Below, one piece after another: positions 39,553-50,390 of a stretch of 64,000 bases of DNA. The DNA comes from an uncultured Eubacteriales bacterium (GTDB lineage: Bacteria > Bacillota > Clostridia > Oscillospirales > CAG-272). The position numbers and the translations under genes were made by a program. The notes beneath the pieces were generated by a model. That model worked only from the letters and a program-made list of their open reading frames with translations, was not told the origin of the DNA and did no database searches. The stretch lies in the NCBI GenBank assembly GCA_900542425.1, contig UQNQ01000002.1, positions 44,843 to 108,842 of the forward strand, given 5' to 3'. Positions within the stretch are counted from its first letter, which is position 1, and each line of letters opens with the position of its first letter.

Positions 39553-40035
39553 TTACTCTTCCACAATTGTGATCTTCTTCATTTTCTGTTCTGAGAGCGG
39601 CTTATCTGCATAATCCGTATCGACCACGGCAATTTTATCCAGTACGTCAAAGCCGTCCGTCATTTTTCCGAACGCGGCATATTGCCCGTCAAGATGCGGC
39701 GCATCGCGGTGCATAATGAAGAACTGAGAACCTGCAGAATCCGGGCGCGCTGAACGCGCCATAGAAATGACGCCGCGCGTATGTTTCAGCTGGTTTTTGA
39801 TACCGTTCGCCGCAAATTCTCCTTTAATCTGATAGCCGGGTCCTCCCATCCCAGTACCCGTCGGATCGCCGCCTTGTATCATAAACCCTTCAATTACCCT
39901 ATGAAAAATCAGCCCGTCATAAAAGCCGCTTTTCGCAAGCTTTACGAAGTTTTCCACCGTAATCGGAGCTGTTTCCGGATACAACTCCAATGTCATCACT
40001 CCGCCGTTTTCCATTTCAATTTTTGCTTTTGTCAT
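39553..40035 (-). CDS. ppiB: cyclophilin-type peptidyl-prolyl cis-trans isomerase
   Basis: FHRVIEGFMIQGGDP and SAGSQFFI motifs. The start is taken at MTKAKIEMENG. Confidence 0.93.
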   Translation of the reverse strand: MTKAKIEMENGGVMTLELYPETAPITVENFVKLAKSGFYDGLIFHRVIEGFMIQGGDPTGTGMGGPGYQIKGEFAANGIKNQLKHTRGVISMARSARPDSAGSQFFIMHRDAPHLDGQYAAFGKMTDGFDVLDKIAVVDTDYADKPLSEQKMKKITIVEE

Positions 40036-40111
40036 ACTGCCTCCTAAGCGCCAGAACGCATTTTTATTTTTTCTTGATTCTACCATATTCCACACCGTGT
40101 GGCAAGTATCT

Positions 40112-40693
40112 TTACAATTTTTTTACGATAAGATAAGAAAACAAATAGGCACAAAAAACAAGAAGCGTAAAATTGATGCCGCTGTAAAAGAATACGTAAA
40201 GAGAAAGCATCCATAACACGGAAAGGCACGCACAGGTTGAAAGATATAATACTCTATCCGCTGTTCCCTCTCCGAAAAAACGGGAAAGAACGGCACCGAT
40301 CATACGCCCACCATCCAGCGTTTTCACTGGAAGAAGATTCAGCACCGCAAGAGAGGAAGAAGCTGCAAATACGGAAGCGGCCACCTCAGACGGCATCCAT
40401 ATTCTCGCCGCGGCAAGATAAAGAAGATTCATAATAGGACCTGCAGCTGCAATTAGAAATTCTTCGGAATAAGACGAAGCGGCAGAAAGCCCTACAGAAA
40501 ACCCAACGGGCATAAGATGAACTTCCATAATCCGTTTTCCAAGCATCCTCGCCGCAATAATATGTCCTGCTTCATGCAGAAGAACAGAAGAAATTGCCGC
40601 AAATGCATACAGCCGCGGCATCACGGCAAGCAGCAAAAAAATCCCGGCAGCAGCAAACGGATGCACACGGAACCGAATTCTGCCGATTCTCAT
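40112..40693 (-). CDS. M50 family site-2 metalloprotease, short form (SpoIVFB-like)
   Basis: 193 aa, polytopic, with an intramembrane HEAGH zinc motif. Its start overlaps the ytvI-like gene end. Confidence 0.7.
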   Translation of the reverse strand: MRIGRIRFRVHPFAAAGIFLLLAVMPRLYAFAAISSVLLHEAGHIIAARMLGKRIMEVHLMPVGFSVGLSAASSYSEEFLIAAAGPIMNLLYLAAARIWMPSEVAASVFAASSSLAVLNLLPVKTLDGGRMIGAVLSRFFGEGTADRVLYLSTCACLSVLWMLSLYVFFYSGINFTLLVFCAYLFSYLIVKKL

Positions 40694-41790
40694 GAGGCCT
40701 CCTCCTTCCGGCGCGGCTTAAATGCCGCAATTGTATTTTTAACAATCACAACCGCCAGTGGAAGAAGCAGCATGCCAAAAAACCCAAAGGCTTTCAGCCC
40801 TACATACATGGAAACCAGCGCAAGCAATGGATGCATACCGATCCCTGCTCCGACAATCTTGGGTTCTAAAATCTGACGGAGCACTGAAATAACCGCATAC
40901 AGAATCAAAAGTCCCACAGCTGTGCGGATATCTCCGGCAAAAAACAGATAAACAGACCACGGAATCAGAATGGTTCCGGTTCCGAGAACAGGCAGTATAT
41001 CCACAAGCGCTGTCATAAGCGCAAGCAAAAACGCGTATTTTTGCCCAAGAATGAGAAAGCCGATAAACAGCTCCGCAAAGGTAAACAAAAAAAGGATTAC
41101 ATAAGATTTGAAATATTTCATCAAGGTATGCCCCGTTTGCCCATACATTTCCCGCAGTGCATCGCGCGGTTTTCCGTGTACATGTGTTTTGATATAGGAA
41201 ATAATTTTTTCATAATCCGCACAAAAATAAACAGCGGACAAAACTGTCACCACGGAAAAAATCAACACTTGAGGAACCGCAGCGGCAATTTTTCCGGCAT
41301 ATCCGGGAATTTTGGACGCAAAGGTAAAAACAGCGTTCTTCAGCATGTCTGTCAGCGCCTCTCCGATCGTATCCCGCAAAGTATCCGCATCCTCCCCGGA
41401 GAAAAAAGGAAGCCCCGCCGCAAATTCGCCAATCTTGTCAAGCATTGCCGTAAAATTGGAAAGGATCGTATTTTCACCAGCGGCAATGCCGCGGGCAAGT
41501 GCGCCAAGCTGTTCTGCCGCCTCCATGACAGCCGCAAAAAGAAGTCCGATTCCTGCACTTAAAAACAAAATAACAAAAACCACGGATACAATTCTCTGTG
41601 GAATTTTTGTTTTTTTTGCAACGGCGGCAGCCGGACGTCGCAAAAGAGAAGCAGCCGCAAACGCCAGCACAAATGGCAGCAAAACAGGGAAAATATACTT
41701 AGCAATTACATAAACCGCTAAAATCCCGAGTAAACTATAAAAAACAAGATATACTGTCCGCCGATAAGGCTCCTCCGGAAGAAATCCCAT
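40690..41790 (-). CDS. ytvI: AI-2E/UPF0118 family membrane protein, YtvI-like (sporulation integral membrane protein)
   Basis: 366 aa with about 8 TM helices and AI-2E family topology. The YtvI assignment comes from overall resemblance and context. Confidence 0.65.
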   Translation of the reverse strand: MGFLPEEPYRRTVYLVFYSLLGILAVYVIAKYIFPVLLPFVLAFAAASLLRRPAAAVAKKTKIPQRIVSVVFVILFLSAGIGLLFAAVMEAAEQLGALARGIAAGENTILSNFTAMLDKIGEFAAGLPFFSGEDADTLRDTIGEALTDMLKNAVFTFASKIPGYAGKIAAAVPQVLIFSVVTVLSAVYFCADYEKIISYIKTHVHGKPRDALREMYGQTGHTLMKYFKSYVILFLFTFAELFIGFLILGQKYAFLLALMTALVDILPVLGTGTILIPWSVYLFFAGDIRTAVGLLILYAVISVLRQILEPKIVGAGIGMHPLLALVSMYVGLKAFGFFGMLLLPLAVVIVKNTIAAFKPRRKEEAS

Positions 41791-42051
41791 ATGTGACTCC
41801 GTCCCGATTCGATTTCGGTTTTACCGGAAATTTCCCGCTTTCCCGATTTTACCTTGACAAAACGAATCCTTTATGATATGATTTATTTTATGTAAGGGTA
41901 AGTTTATTTATTCAGCATCGGAAAAAGAGAGACCACCGCAATTTATCCCTTTGCGGACATGGTCGGACCGTATGATGGATTTTTATATGATTTGAATCAA
42001 AATTGTCGTCTCGGCTAAAAGTTATATTGAGACGGCAGAACGGAGTTTACC

Positions 42052-42732
42052 ATGAAAAAATTTTTAGCTTTGCTTCTCGTAATATGTATGAGTGCATTTA
42101 TTTTCGCCTCCTGTAAGGAAGAATCCCCGCAAGAAACTACAGGCACAGGCGAAACCACTTCCGGTAGCACTTCCTCTTCCGGGACCACAGCAACCACCGC
42201 TGCCACGGAGACAACACATGTATTCAATGATCCGCAGGTCATTGACAGTCTTGATTATGATTATATTATCCGGACGATTGAAGAGAACAAAGAGATTGTC
42301 GGCGTTGCCGTATATACATGGAAGACCGCATCCGACAGCATTGTTTTTGACAGTGAATATGTGCTTGACGATAAAACATATCCGGTTCTTCAAATCGGTG
42401 TCGGTCAAGGGATCCTTACTTTCCAAAAGCAGCTTAAATCAGTCACCATCCCCAGTAGCGTACAGAAAATATCAAAAATTGCGTTCAGTTACTGCTCTGC
42501 ATTGGAAACCCTGAATCTTTCCGAAGGACTTGAGGAAATCGGTGAAATGGCGTTTTGGAATTGCTCCTCGCTGGAATCGGTATCTATCCCTTCCACCGTT
42601 ACAACAATCGGGAAAAATGCTTTCGCAGACTGCTCCAATCTTAAAACGGTAACGATTCCTCGTGCCTTTGAGAATCAAATTGATGATATTTTTGCCGGCT
42701 GCGGCGAACTGGAAATCACGTATATTGATTGA
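42052..42732 (+). CDS. lipoprotein with BspA-type leucine-rich repeats
   Basis: Signal peptide with lipobox FASC, a Thr/Ser-rich linker, then repeats of the form SVTIPSSVQKISKIAFSYCSALETLNL. Confidence 0.8.
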   Translation: MKKFLALLLVICMSAFIFASCKEESPQETTGTGETTSGSTSSSGTTATTAATETTHVFNDPQVIDSLDYDYIIRTIEENKEIVGVAVYTWKTASDSIVFDSEYVLDDKTYPVLQIGVGQGILTFQKQLKSVTIPSSVQKISKIAFSYCSALETLNLSEGLEEIGEMAFWNCSSLESVSIPSTVTTIGKNAFADCSNLKTVTIPRAFENQIDDIFAGCGELEITYID

Positions 42733-42801
42733 TTTTGGACCAAAATAAAAATTCCTTCATACAATGGAAACAAACACATTGTAGGAAGGAATTTTTTATT
42801 T

Positions 42802-43659
42802 ATGACCATTCATGTAGTAAAAAAAGGAGAAACACTTTCCGGCATTGCCTCATCTTACGGCGTATCAGAAAATTTTCTTGCGATATGGAACGCAATTTCA
42901 GAACCGTATACCCTTGTCGTAGGACAGGCGCTTCTGATTTTGACTCCATCAGGAACCTATACGGTAAGAGCAGGCGATACCATCGCGTCTATTGCCACAA
43001 GGTTTGGCACAACTGCACGGGAACTTTTTGCAAACAATCCCAATCTTTACGGCGGAATTTTACCGATTTTCCAGGGACAGACACTCATACTCGGCTGGGA
43101 AGAAAAGAAATCCGATACGGTACGGATCAATTCCTATGCATACCCGTTTATTACCGATGAAGCACTTTACGGAACACTTCCCTACCTTACATTTCTTTCT
43201 CCTTTTACATACGGCTTTACTCCACAAGGAGAACTGATTCCTCTTGACGATGAACGACTGATCCTTTCCGCTCTCAGTTACGGGGCGTCACCGCTTATGC
43301 ATCTTTCAACCCTTACCAAGGAAGGAACCTTTTCCAACGAGCTTGCTTCCGCCGTACTCAGAGACAACAACGCGGCAGATACACTGATTTCCAACATTTT
43401 AGAAAACATTCAGGAAAAAGATTATTACGGACTGGATATCGATTTTGAATATGTTCTTCCGGCAGATGCCGCAGCATATGCAGCTTTTATCGAAAAAGCA
43501 AGAATACGCCTAAACGAAGCGGGATATCCCGTGATTGCTGCGCTTGTTCCAAAATCTTCCCGTGATCAGCCCGGCTCCTTCTATGAAGGGCACGATTACG
43601 CGGCGATAGGTGCCGCCGCCAACGCTGTTTTTGTCATGACCTATGAATGGGTTTGCTGA
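42802..43659 (+). CDS. 5' segment (283 codons + 2 junction codons) of an interrupted YaaH/SleL/YdhD-type spore peptidoglycan hydrolase (2x LysM + GH18)
   Basis: Two LysM domains (aa 3-46 and 53-98) and a GH18 barrel start with the catalytic block YGLDIDFEY. The reading frame ends VMTYEW-VC-stop exactly at the insertion junction. Confidence 0.9.
   Translation: MTIHVVKKGETLSGIASSYGVSENFLAIWNAISEPYTLVVGQALLILTPSGTYTVRAGDTIASIATRFGTTARELFANNPNLYGGILPIFQGQTLILGWEEKKSDTVRINSYAYPFITDEALYGTLPYLTFLSPFTYGFTPQGELIPLDDERLILSALSYGASPLMHLSTLTKEGTFSNELASAVLRDNNAADTLISNILENIQEKDYYGLDIDFEYVLPADAAAYAAFIEKARIRLNEAGYPVIAALVPKSSRDQPGSFYEGHDYAAIGAAANAVFVMTYEWVC
43640..43651 (+). repeat. attL core (CCTATGAATGGG)
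   Basis: Identical to 49782..49793 and located at the point where the GH18 frame diverges. Confidence 0.8.
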
Positions 43660-43704
43660 TGATAATACCCTCTAAAAAAAGAATGAATTTGCCGCAAGTT
43701 CTTG

Positions 43705-43950
43705 TCAATCCTCCAAGCCAAGCAAATAATTTACCGATACCCCCAAAACCTCAGAAAAATATTTTAGTTCATAATCCGGAACAACACGGTCTCCCACCTC
43801 AATCCTGCTGATTGTTTTTTGCATCATTCCCACTCCGATGAGTTGAAGCTTCACTGCCAAATCATTTTGTGTAAGCCCTCGCGCCTCTCTTGTTTGCCGA
43901 ATCCGTTTTCCGCAGAAATTAACTTTGCCATTTTGACCATTTATTTTCAT
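43705..43950 (-). CDS. XRE-family HTH protein (phage cI/Cro-like)
   Basis: 81 aa from MKINGQNG, with an HTH_3 core IRQTREARGLTQNDLAVKLQLIGVGMMQKTISRIEVG. GGAG lies 9 nt before the ATG. The gene sits 53 bp inside attL. Confidence 0.8.
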   Translation of the reverse strand: MKINGQNGKVNFCGKRIRQTREARGLTQNDLAVKLQLIGVGMMQKTISRIEVGDRVVPDYELKYFSEVLGVSVNYLLGLED

Positions 43951-44098
43951 CTTATCCGGCTCCTTACTATAATAGAATATATTAACATTATCACACAAGA
44001 AACCGTATCATTATCCCAAAGATGACTAAATGAGAAATCATATTATTTTTTATAGATGAAAATGAAAAATTTTGTGTTTTTATATCTTTTTCATGATC

Positions 44099-44136
44099 TA
44101 AAAATCCGACCTCATTCATAGGTCGGATTTTATTTT
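44099..44136. terminator. bidirectional intrinsic terminator inside the element
   Basis: Stem AAAATCCGACC / GGTCGGATTTT with a 9-nt loop, flanked by A- and T-runs. Confidence 0.7.
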
Positions 44137-44242
44137 CTGAAAAAACGCCCAAAGTCTCTTATAAAAAAGATAGCAGAGACCGTCCGTCTCCTTCATAATA
44201 CCATTCTATCATAATTTATGTGCCGATGTTGTCTGTTTTCGT

Positions 44243-44431
44243 TTACTGTCGTTTGTTTTCTCTGTCTGTCGCTATCCTACCGAACTGCTGTAAAATATGA
44301 AGTATTTCAGCTTCCCGCAGCGCCCTCTCTTCCTCTGTCAAAATCGGACGGAAAATATTGACCGTTGTGCTGTCCATCTGAATCGTTTTTACCCGATATC
44401 CGTTTTCTGTGATTCTCCATTCATGATTCAT
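44243..44431 (-). CDS. 62-aa hypothetical protein (orphan)
   Basis: ATG at 44431 lies 5 nt after GGAAGGGGGGG. The protein reads MNHEWRITENGYRVKTIQMDSTTVNIFRPILTEEERALREAEILHILQQFG. I do not recognise a family. Confidence 0.5.
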   Translation of the reverse strand: MNHEWRITENGYRVKTIQMDSTTVNIFRPILTEEERALREAEILHILQQFGRIATDRENKRQ

Positions 44432-44861
44432 ATTCGCCCCCCCTTCCACGTTATTTTATGCGACGCTATATTGGGGTCCTCTTACAATCTTTCTTCTTTC
44501 CATAAAGAAAGGGAGAGTCTTTTGTCAGTCCGCATTTTCCGCCATATTGTTTTTCCGTGATGTATTTTCCGATTATGTAAAACACCCCTTGATTTACAAA
44601 TCAATTACATTCACAAAAGAAGTAGCCTCCGTCTGCGGAACAAAAGAAATACCGAAAAAGAAAAATCACAAAAATTCCTCTCCGGTATTTCCTTTTATCC
44701 TACATCGCTCTGCATCCTCACTCGGTCTGTTCCTGAAGATACATACATCTAGAACTTTTCTGCTTGATATATCCTCTATTCTTCTACGCCGAATAGGCTG
44801 CAATCCTAATCTGTTTTTATCTTGATAACCAAAATATTTTCGATTCAACAATCTCTCTATA

Positions 44862-46505
<1,644 letters not shown>

Positions 46506-46718
46506 GGTTCATCCCTGCTTTCTTACTTTATACTTACAGCATTATATTCTCAAAAATATTTTGATGTTCATTTACTTTTGAAATCGTATACCTATTTTTT
46601 ATCTATCATGAATCCAATATCTACTCATGCACCTTATCTCTCTGATTTGAATTGATTTAAATTTAGGATTTATCTCTCAAAAAACACGCCACGGGAATCC
46701 GTTCATCTCCGTTATATA

Positions 46719-46746
46719 AAAAAAGTCCGTGAAAACGGACTTTTTT
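46719..46746. terminator. bidirectional intrinsic terminator after mutY
   Basis: AAAAAAGTCCGT gaaa ACGGACTTTTTT, located 40 nt after the mutY stop. Confidence 0.8.
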
Positions 46747-46785
46747 ATTTAAAGTTTTAGGCATTTGATGCCCATGAAAAATCTA

Positions 46786-47859
46786 TCAATGATTTTTTTC
46801 TTCGGCATCCTGTTCCATGATCTCAAGATACGCGCGCAGTGCTGTCGGAATCGCATAATGTGTCCGTATTGTCTTCGCACTTTCCCATGTGAACGCATTC
46901 AAAGGGGTTACACATTCTGCAAGGTATCCCGTCATATGCCATTCAACATGTGTAAAAATATGAACAGCATTTCCGCATATCCCACAAGACAATACTTCTG
47001 TACCAAGATTGCGAATATAGATCGCCGCTTCCTCTGGCGTAAACTTTCCCGAAATATTCGGAAATTCCCAAAGTCCGGCAAGCAGACCCCTGTTCGGTCT
47101 TTTTTGAATGGCATAATATCCGCGGCAAGAAAGGAGAAATACCGTTAGCTCCTCCCGTCTGCGAGCTTTTTTCGGACTTTTCACCGGAAATTCTTCCGCC
47201 CGCGAGGAAAGACCTGCTTCACACTGCCGAAAAAGAGGACAACTCTCACATTTCGGCAAACCGTTCGGAATACAGATATTTTCTCCCAGCTCCATAATCG
47301 CCTGTGTCAAATTACCAGCGTCTGCCCCAGATGGATAAACAGTCCGCAATGCATCTGTGACCTGTTTTTTTGTTGCGGGCAATGCAATATCGTCTGTGCA
47401 TCCAAGAAAACGCATCACCACCCGAAGAACGTTTCCGTCTACAGCAGGTTCTGGTCTGCCAAAGGCGATAGAAGCAATCGCACCTGCGGTATATTCCCCA
47501 ATTCCAGGGAGTTTTTTCAATTCCTCCGCCGTATCCGGCAAAGCGCCGGCATAAGACGCCATTAACATCTCCGCACTTCTTTTTAAATTTCGCGCCCGGC
47601 TGTAATATCCGAGTCCCTCCCATAGCTTCATTAGTCTGTCGTCGGACACTGCGGCAAGTGCGGACACCGTGGGTAACTCATATAGGAAACGCTTGTAATA
47701 CGGAATAACTGCCGCAGTTCTCGTCTGCTGAAGCATGATTTCCGAAATCCATACATGATATGGCGTCGCATCTACACGCCATGGAAGCTCCTTTTGGTTC
47801 TTTTTGTACCAAACAAGAAGAGGCTCTACAATATGTACCAGCCGATTTTCTTTTTTCAT
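46786..47859 (-). CDS. mutY: A/G-specific adenine DNA glycosylase MutY
   Basis: 357 aa with an HhH-GPD domain (LPGIGEYTAGAI), a 4Fe-4S Cys cluster (CIPNGLPKCESCPLFRQC) and a C-terminal NUDIX-like domain. Confidence 0.9.
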   Translation of the reverse strand: MKKENRLVHIVEPLLVWYKKNQKELPWRVDATPYHVWISEIMLQQTRTAAVIPYYKRFLYELPTVSALAAVSDDRLMKLWEGLGYYSRARNLKRSAEMLMASYAGALPDTAEELKKLPGIGEYTAGAIASIAFGRPEPAVDGNVLRVVMRFLGCTDDIALPATKKQVTDALRTVYPSGADAGNLTQAIMELGENICIPNGLPKCESCPLFRQCEAGLSSRAEEFPVKSPKKARRREELTVFLLSCRGYYAIQKRPNRGLLAGLWEFPNISGKFTPEEAAIYIRNLGTEVLSCGICGNAVHIFTHVEWHMTGYLAECVTPLNAFTWESAKTIRTHYAIPTALRAYLEIMEQDAEEKNH

Positions 47860-48225
47860 TCTCTCAAATCGCCTTTCATCTCATCGGTATTTCAATCTAC
47901 CTTTATACTTTATGACTGTATCATAAATCGGGCGATTTGTCAATTTATACAGATAAAACGACTTTTTTCACAGACTTTTCCAGATTTTCTCATCATCCCG
48001 TTTTCTCTCAAATTTATTAGAAAGAAATCTCCACCGTTGTACCAACCGTTATAGAGATTTTTTATATTTTAGATATTGAAAACTCGAACATCATCCGAAG
48101 CAGCGTCATTTTTAACAAAACGGCTGGTTTTTTCATATAATGGGACCGGAATGATCTAAAATGAGCCTACATTCTTTTTTATGAATCGTTTTTCAAACTT
48201 ACACTGTGATTCAAAAGGAGACCCT

Positions 48226-49755
48226 ATGGCAGCTATTTATCTTGTATATCTGCGTAAATCACGTCAAGACAATCCGGATGAAAGTGTGGAAGAGGTGCTG
48301 GCAAAGCATGAAATCATGCTTCAGGAATATGCAAAAAAAGAGCTCGGCTACACGATTCCCCGCGAGTGTATTTACCGCGAAATTGTCTCCGGCGAATCCA
48401 TAGAAGATCGAATCGAAATCAAAAAAGTGCTGCTCCGCATGGAAAATCCCGATGTCAAAGGAATCCTTGTTGTGGATCCTCAAAGACTGTCGAGAGGAGA
48501 TTTGGAGGATTGCGGACGACTGATCAATGCGCTTAAATGGACAAATACGCTTGTGCTTACCCCTCCGATGACCTATGACATGAACAATAAAATGGAGCGA
48601 AGATTCTTTCAGGATGAGCTTCTGCGCGGCAGAGATTATCTGGAATATACAAAGGAAATTTTGTGGCGCGGAAGGATCGCTTCGGCAAAACGCGGATGCT
48701 ACGTCTCATCCGTTCCGCCATACGGCTATGACAGAGTAAAAAGCGGAAAAGACTATACTCTTGCGCCCAATCAAAATGCAGACATTGTGCGGTTTGTATT
48801 TGATCTGTACGTCAACAAAGGTATCGCCGCAAGTCAAATCGCACGAATGCTCAATGAAAAAGGAATCAAAAATTTCCGTGGTGGAGAATGGGGCAGGTCC
48901 AGCATTTCCTATATGCTTAGCAATCAGCATTATATCGGAAAAATTGTCTATAATCGGAGACATCATGTCGTTATGATGGAAGAAGGACAACGAACGCAGA
49001 AAAGAACACAGAGCCATAAAAACGACATTATCGTCGTGGATGGGAAGCATCCGGCCATCATCGATATGGATACCTGGAATAAAGCCCAGCATTTGATGGA
49101 AAGAAAAAAAACTCCAAAATTAAAGCATGGCAAAACATTGCGAAATCCGCTCGCCGGCATATTGGTTTGCGGAACCTGCGGACATATGATGACATTGAAT
49201 ATACAAAAGTCCAAAGCAGACCGGCTCGTCTGTACCAGAATATCCTCCGTATCGCACGGAAAATCCGTTCGCCTGCATGATGTTATGAACGCACTGATCG
49301 TAGCACTCGAAACCGCAGAACTTCCACAGCTTCAAACAAGTCTGAAGACACGCACAGAATTTTCTTCGGAAATTCAAACACAAATGATCCGTCGCTTCGA
49401 AAAACAGCTATCCGAATATAAAGAACAAGAAGAAACACAATATGAACTCTTAGAAACAAAAAAATACACGCAGGAGCTCTTTGACAGAAGAAACGCCGTC
49501 CTGCGCGAAAAAATCGAGTTGTGCGAAATGCAGTTAAAAGAAGTAAAAAGCGAAATGCAAGCCCACAACGATGATTGGAATGCCATGATTCAGCTGCAAG
49601 ATGCCCTTGACTCCCTAAAAGATGATTCTTTAGACGCTCAAACAAAAAACTTTATATTAAAAGCTATCGTCGAAAAAATCATCTATAAGCCATCTCCCAT
49701 TCAGAAAACTCACGGAAGCACCGATTTCACACTGGATATTCTATTGAGGATATAG
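48226..49755 (+). CDS. large serine recombinase (SpoIVCA / phage integrase type)
   Basis: N-terminal resolvase domain with the catalytic-serine motif YLRKSRQD, a recombinase domain, the zinc ribbon CGTCGH...C, and a C-terminal coiled coil. AGGAG lies 7 nt before the ATG at 48226. The stop is 26 bp from the attR core. Confidence 0.93.
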   Translation: MAAIYLVYLRKSRQDNPDESVEEVLAKHEIMLQEYAKKELGYTIPRECIYREIVSGESIEDRIEIKKVLLRMENPDVKGILVVDPQRLSRGDLEDCGRLINALKWTNTLVLTPPMTYDMNNKMERRFFQDELLRGRDYLEYTKEILWRGRIASAKRGCYVSSVPPYGYDRVKSGKDYTLAPNQNADIVRFVFDLYVNKGIAASQIARMLNEKGIKNFRGGEWGRSSISYMLSNQHYIGKIVYNRRHHVVMMEEGQRTQKRTQSHKNDIIVVDGKHPAIIDMDTWNKAQHLMERKKTPKLKHGKTLRNPLAGILVCGTCGHMMTLNIQKSKADRLVCTRISSVSHGKSVRLHDVMNALIVALETAELPQLQTSLKTRTEFSSEIQTQMIRRFEKQLSEYKEQEETQYELLETKKYTQELFDRRNAVLREKIELCEMQLKEVKSEMQAHNDDWNAMIQLQDALDSLKDDSLDAQTKNFILKAIVEKIIYKPSPIQKTHGSTDFTLDILLRI

Positions 49756-49781
49756 ATTTTTATGTTATGATCATCGACAGT

Positions 49782-49793
49782 CCTATGAATGGG
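49782..49793 (+). repeat. attR core (CCTATGAATGGG)
   Basis: Identical to 43640..43651. The GH18 frame resumes through it as YEWGYTYGPPMAVAPL. Confidence 0.8.
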
Positions 49794-50230
49794 GATATAC
49801 ATACGGTCCGCCAATGGCAGTGGCACCTCTCGAATCCGTACGCCGTGTCCTTGATTATGCAGTATCAGAAATCCCCGCAGATAAAATTTATATGGGACTT
49901 CCCAATTACGGATATGATTGGACATTGCCTTACAAGCAAGGAGAAACGCGCGCAAAGCTTGTCGGCAATGAGGAAGCTGTCGATATTGCAAGACGCTACG
50001 GAGCAGAAATCCGATATGACGAAGCGGCGGCAACACCATATTTTGAGTATACGGAAAACGGCAACGCGCATATCGTTTGGTTTGAAGACGCCCGAAGCTG
50101 GGCGGCAAAGCTTGCTCTGATCCCCGAATACGGTCTTCTCGGCGCGGGCGTTTGGAATGCAATGCGTCCCTTTACTCCCGGCTGGCTGGTACTCCAATCC
50201 GGATACCGTGTAACCGCTTTTCTGGAGTAA
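49793..50230 (+). CDS. 3' segment (145 codons) of the interrupted YaaH/SleL/YdhD-type GH18 hydrolase
   Basis: GYTYGPPMAVAPL...KIYMGLPNYGYDW...GAGVWN is the distal half of a GH18 barrel. It has no RBS of its own and the frame is open back only to 49748. Confidence 0.9.
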   Translation, partial: GYTYGPPMAVAPLESVRRVLDYAVSEIPADKIYMGLPNYGYDWTLPYKQGETRAKLVGNEEAVDIARRYGAEIRYDEAAATPYFEYTENGNAHIVWFEDARSWAAKLALIPEYGLLGAGVWNAMRPFTPGWLVLQSGYRVTAFLE

Positions 50231-50298
50231 CAGACGAAATTCCGCTGTTTCAAACAGACAAACAGGCTTGTTTCAACGCAATATGCAAACGAAAAAAC

Positions 50299-50340
50299 TC
50301 CCGACAGAGGCATTCACACCTTTGTCGGGACTGTTTTCTC
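50299..50340 (+). terminator. intrinsic terminator after the GH18 gene
   Basis: 12-bp stem TCCCGACAGAGG / CCTTTGTCGGGA (one G-U pair) with an 8-nt loop, followed by CTGTTTTCTCTC. Confidence 0.65.
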
Positions 50341-50390
50341 TCTCCGGCTGTCTACGTCACCAATAGGAAAGGCATACCATTTGTCTTCTG

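Noticed and set aside
42802-43659. Calling the split GH18 gene a plain pseudogene
   Set aside because: Both halves are free of frameshifts or internal stops, the junction repeat is perfect, and the recombinase looks intact. This pattern fits a reversible interruption better than decay, so I kept the halves as CDS segments, but simple inactivation cannot be excluded without excision data.
49814-50230. Treating the 138-aa ORF as an independent small gene
   Set aside because: It has no RBS. The frame is open upstream through the att core, and the sequence is the exact continuation of the GH18 domain broken off at 43651.
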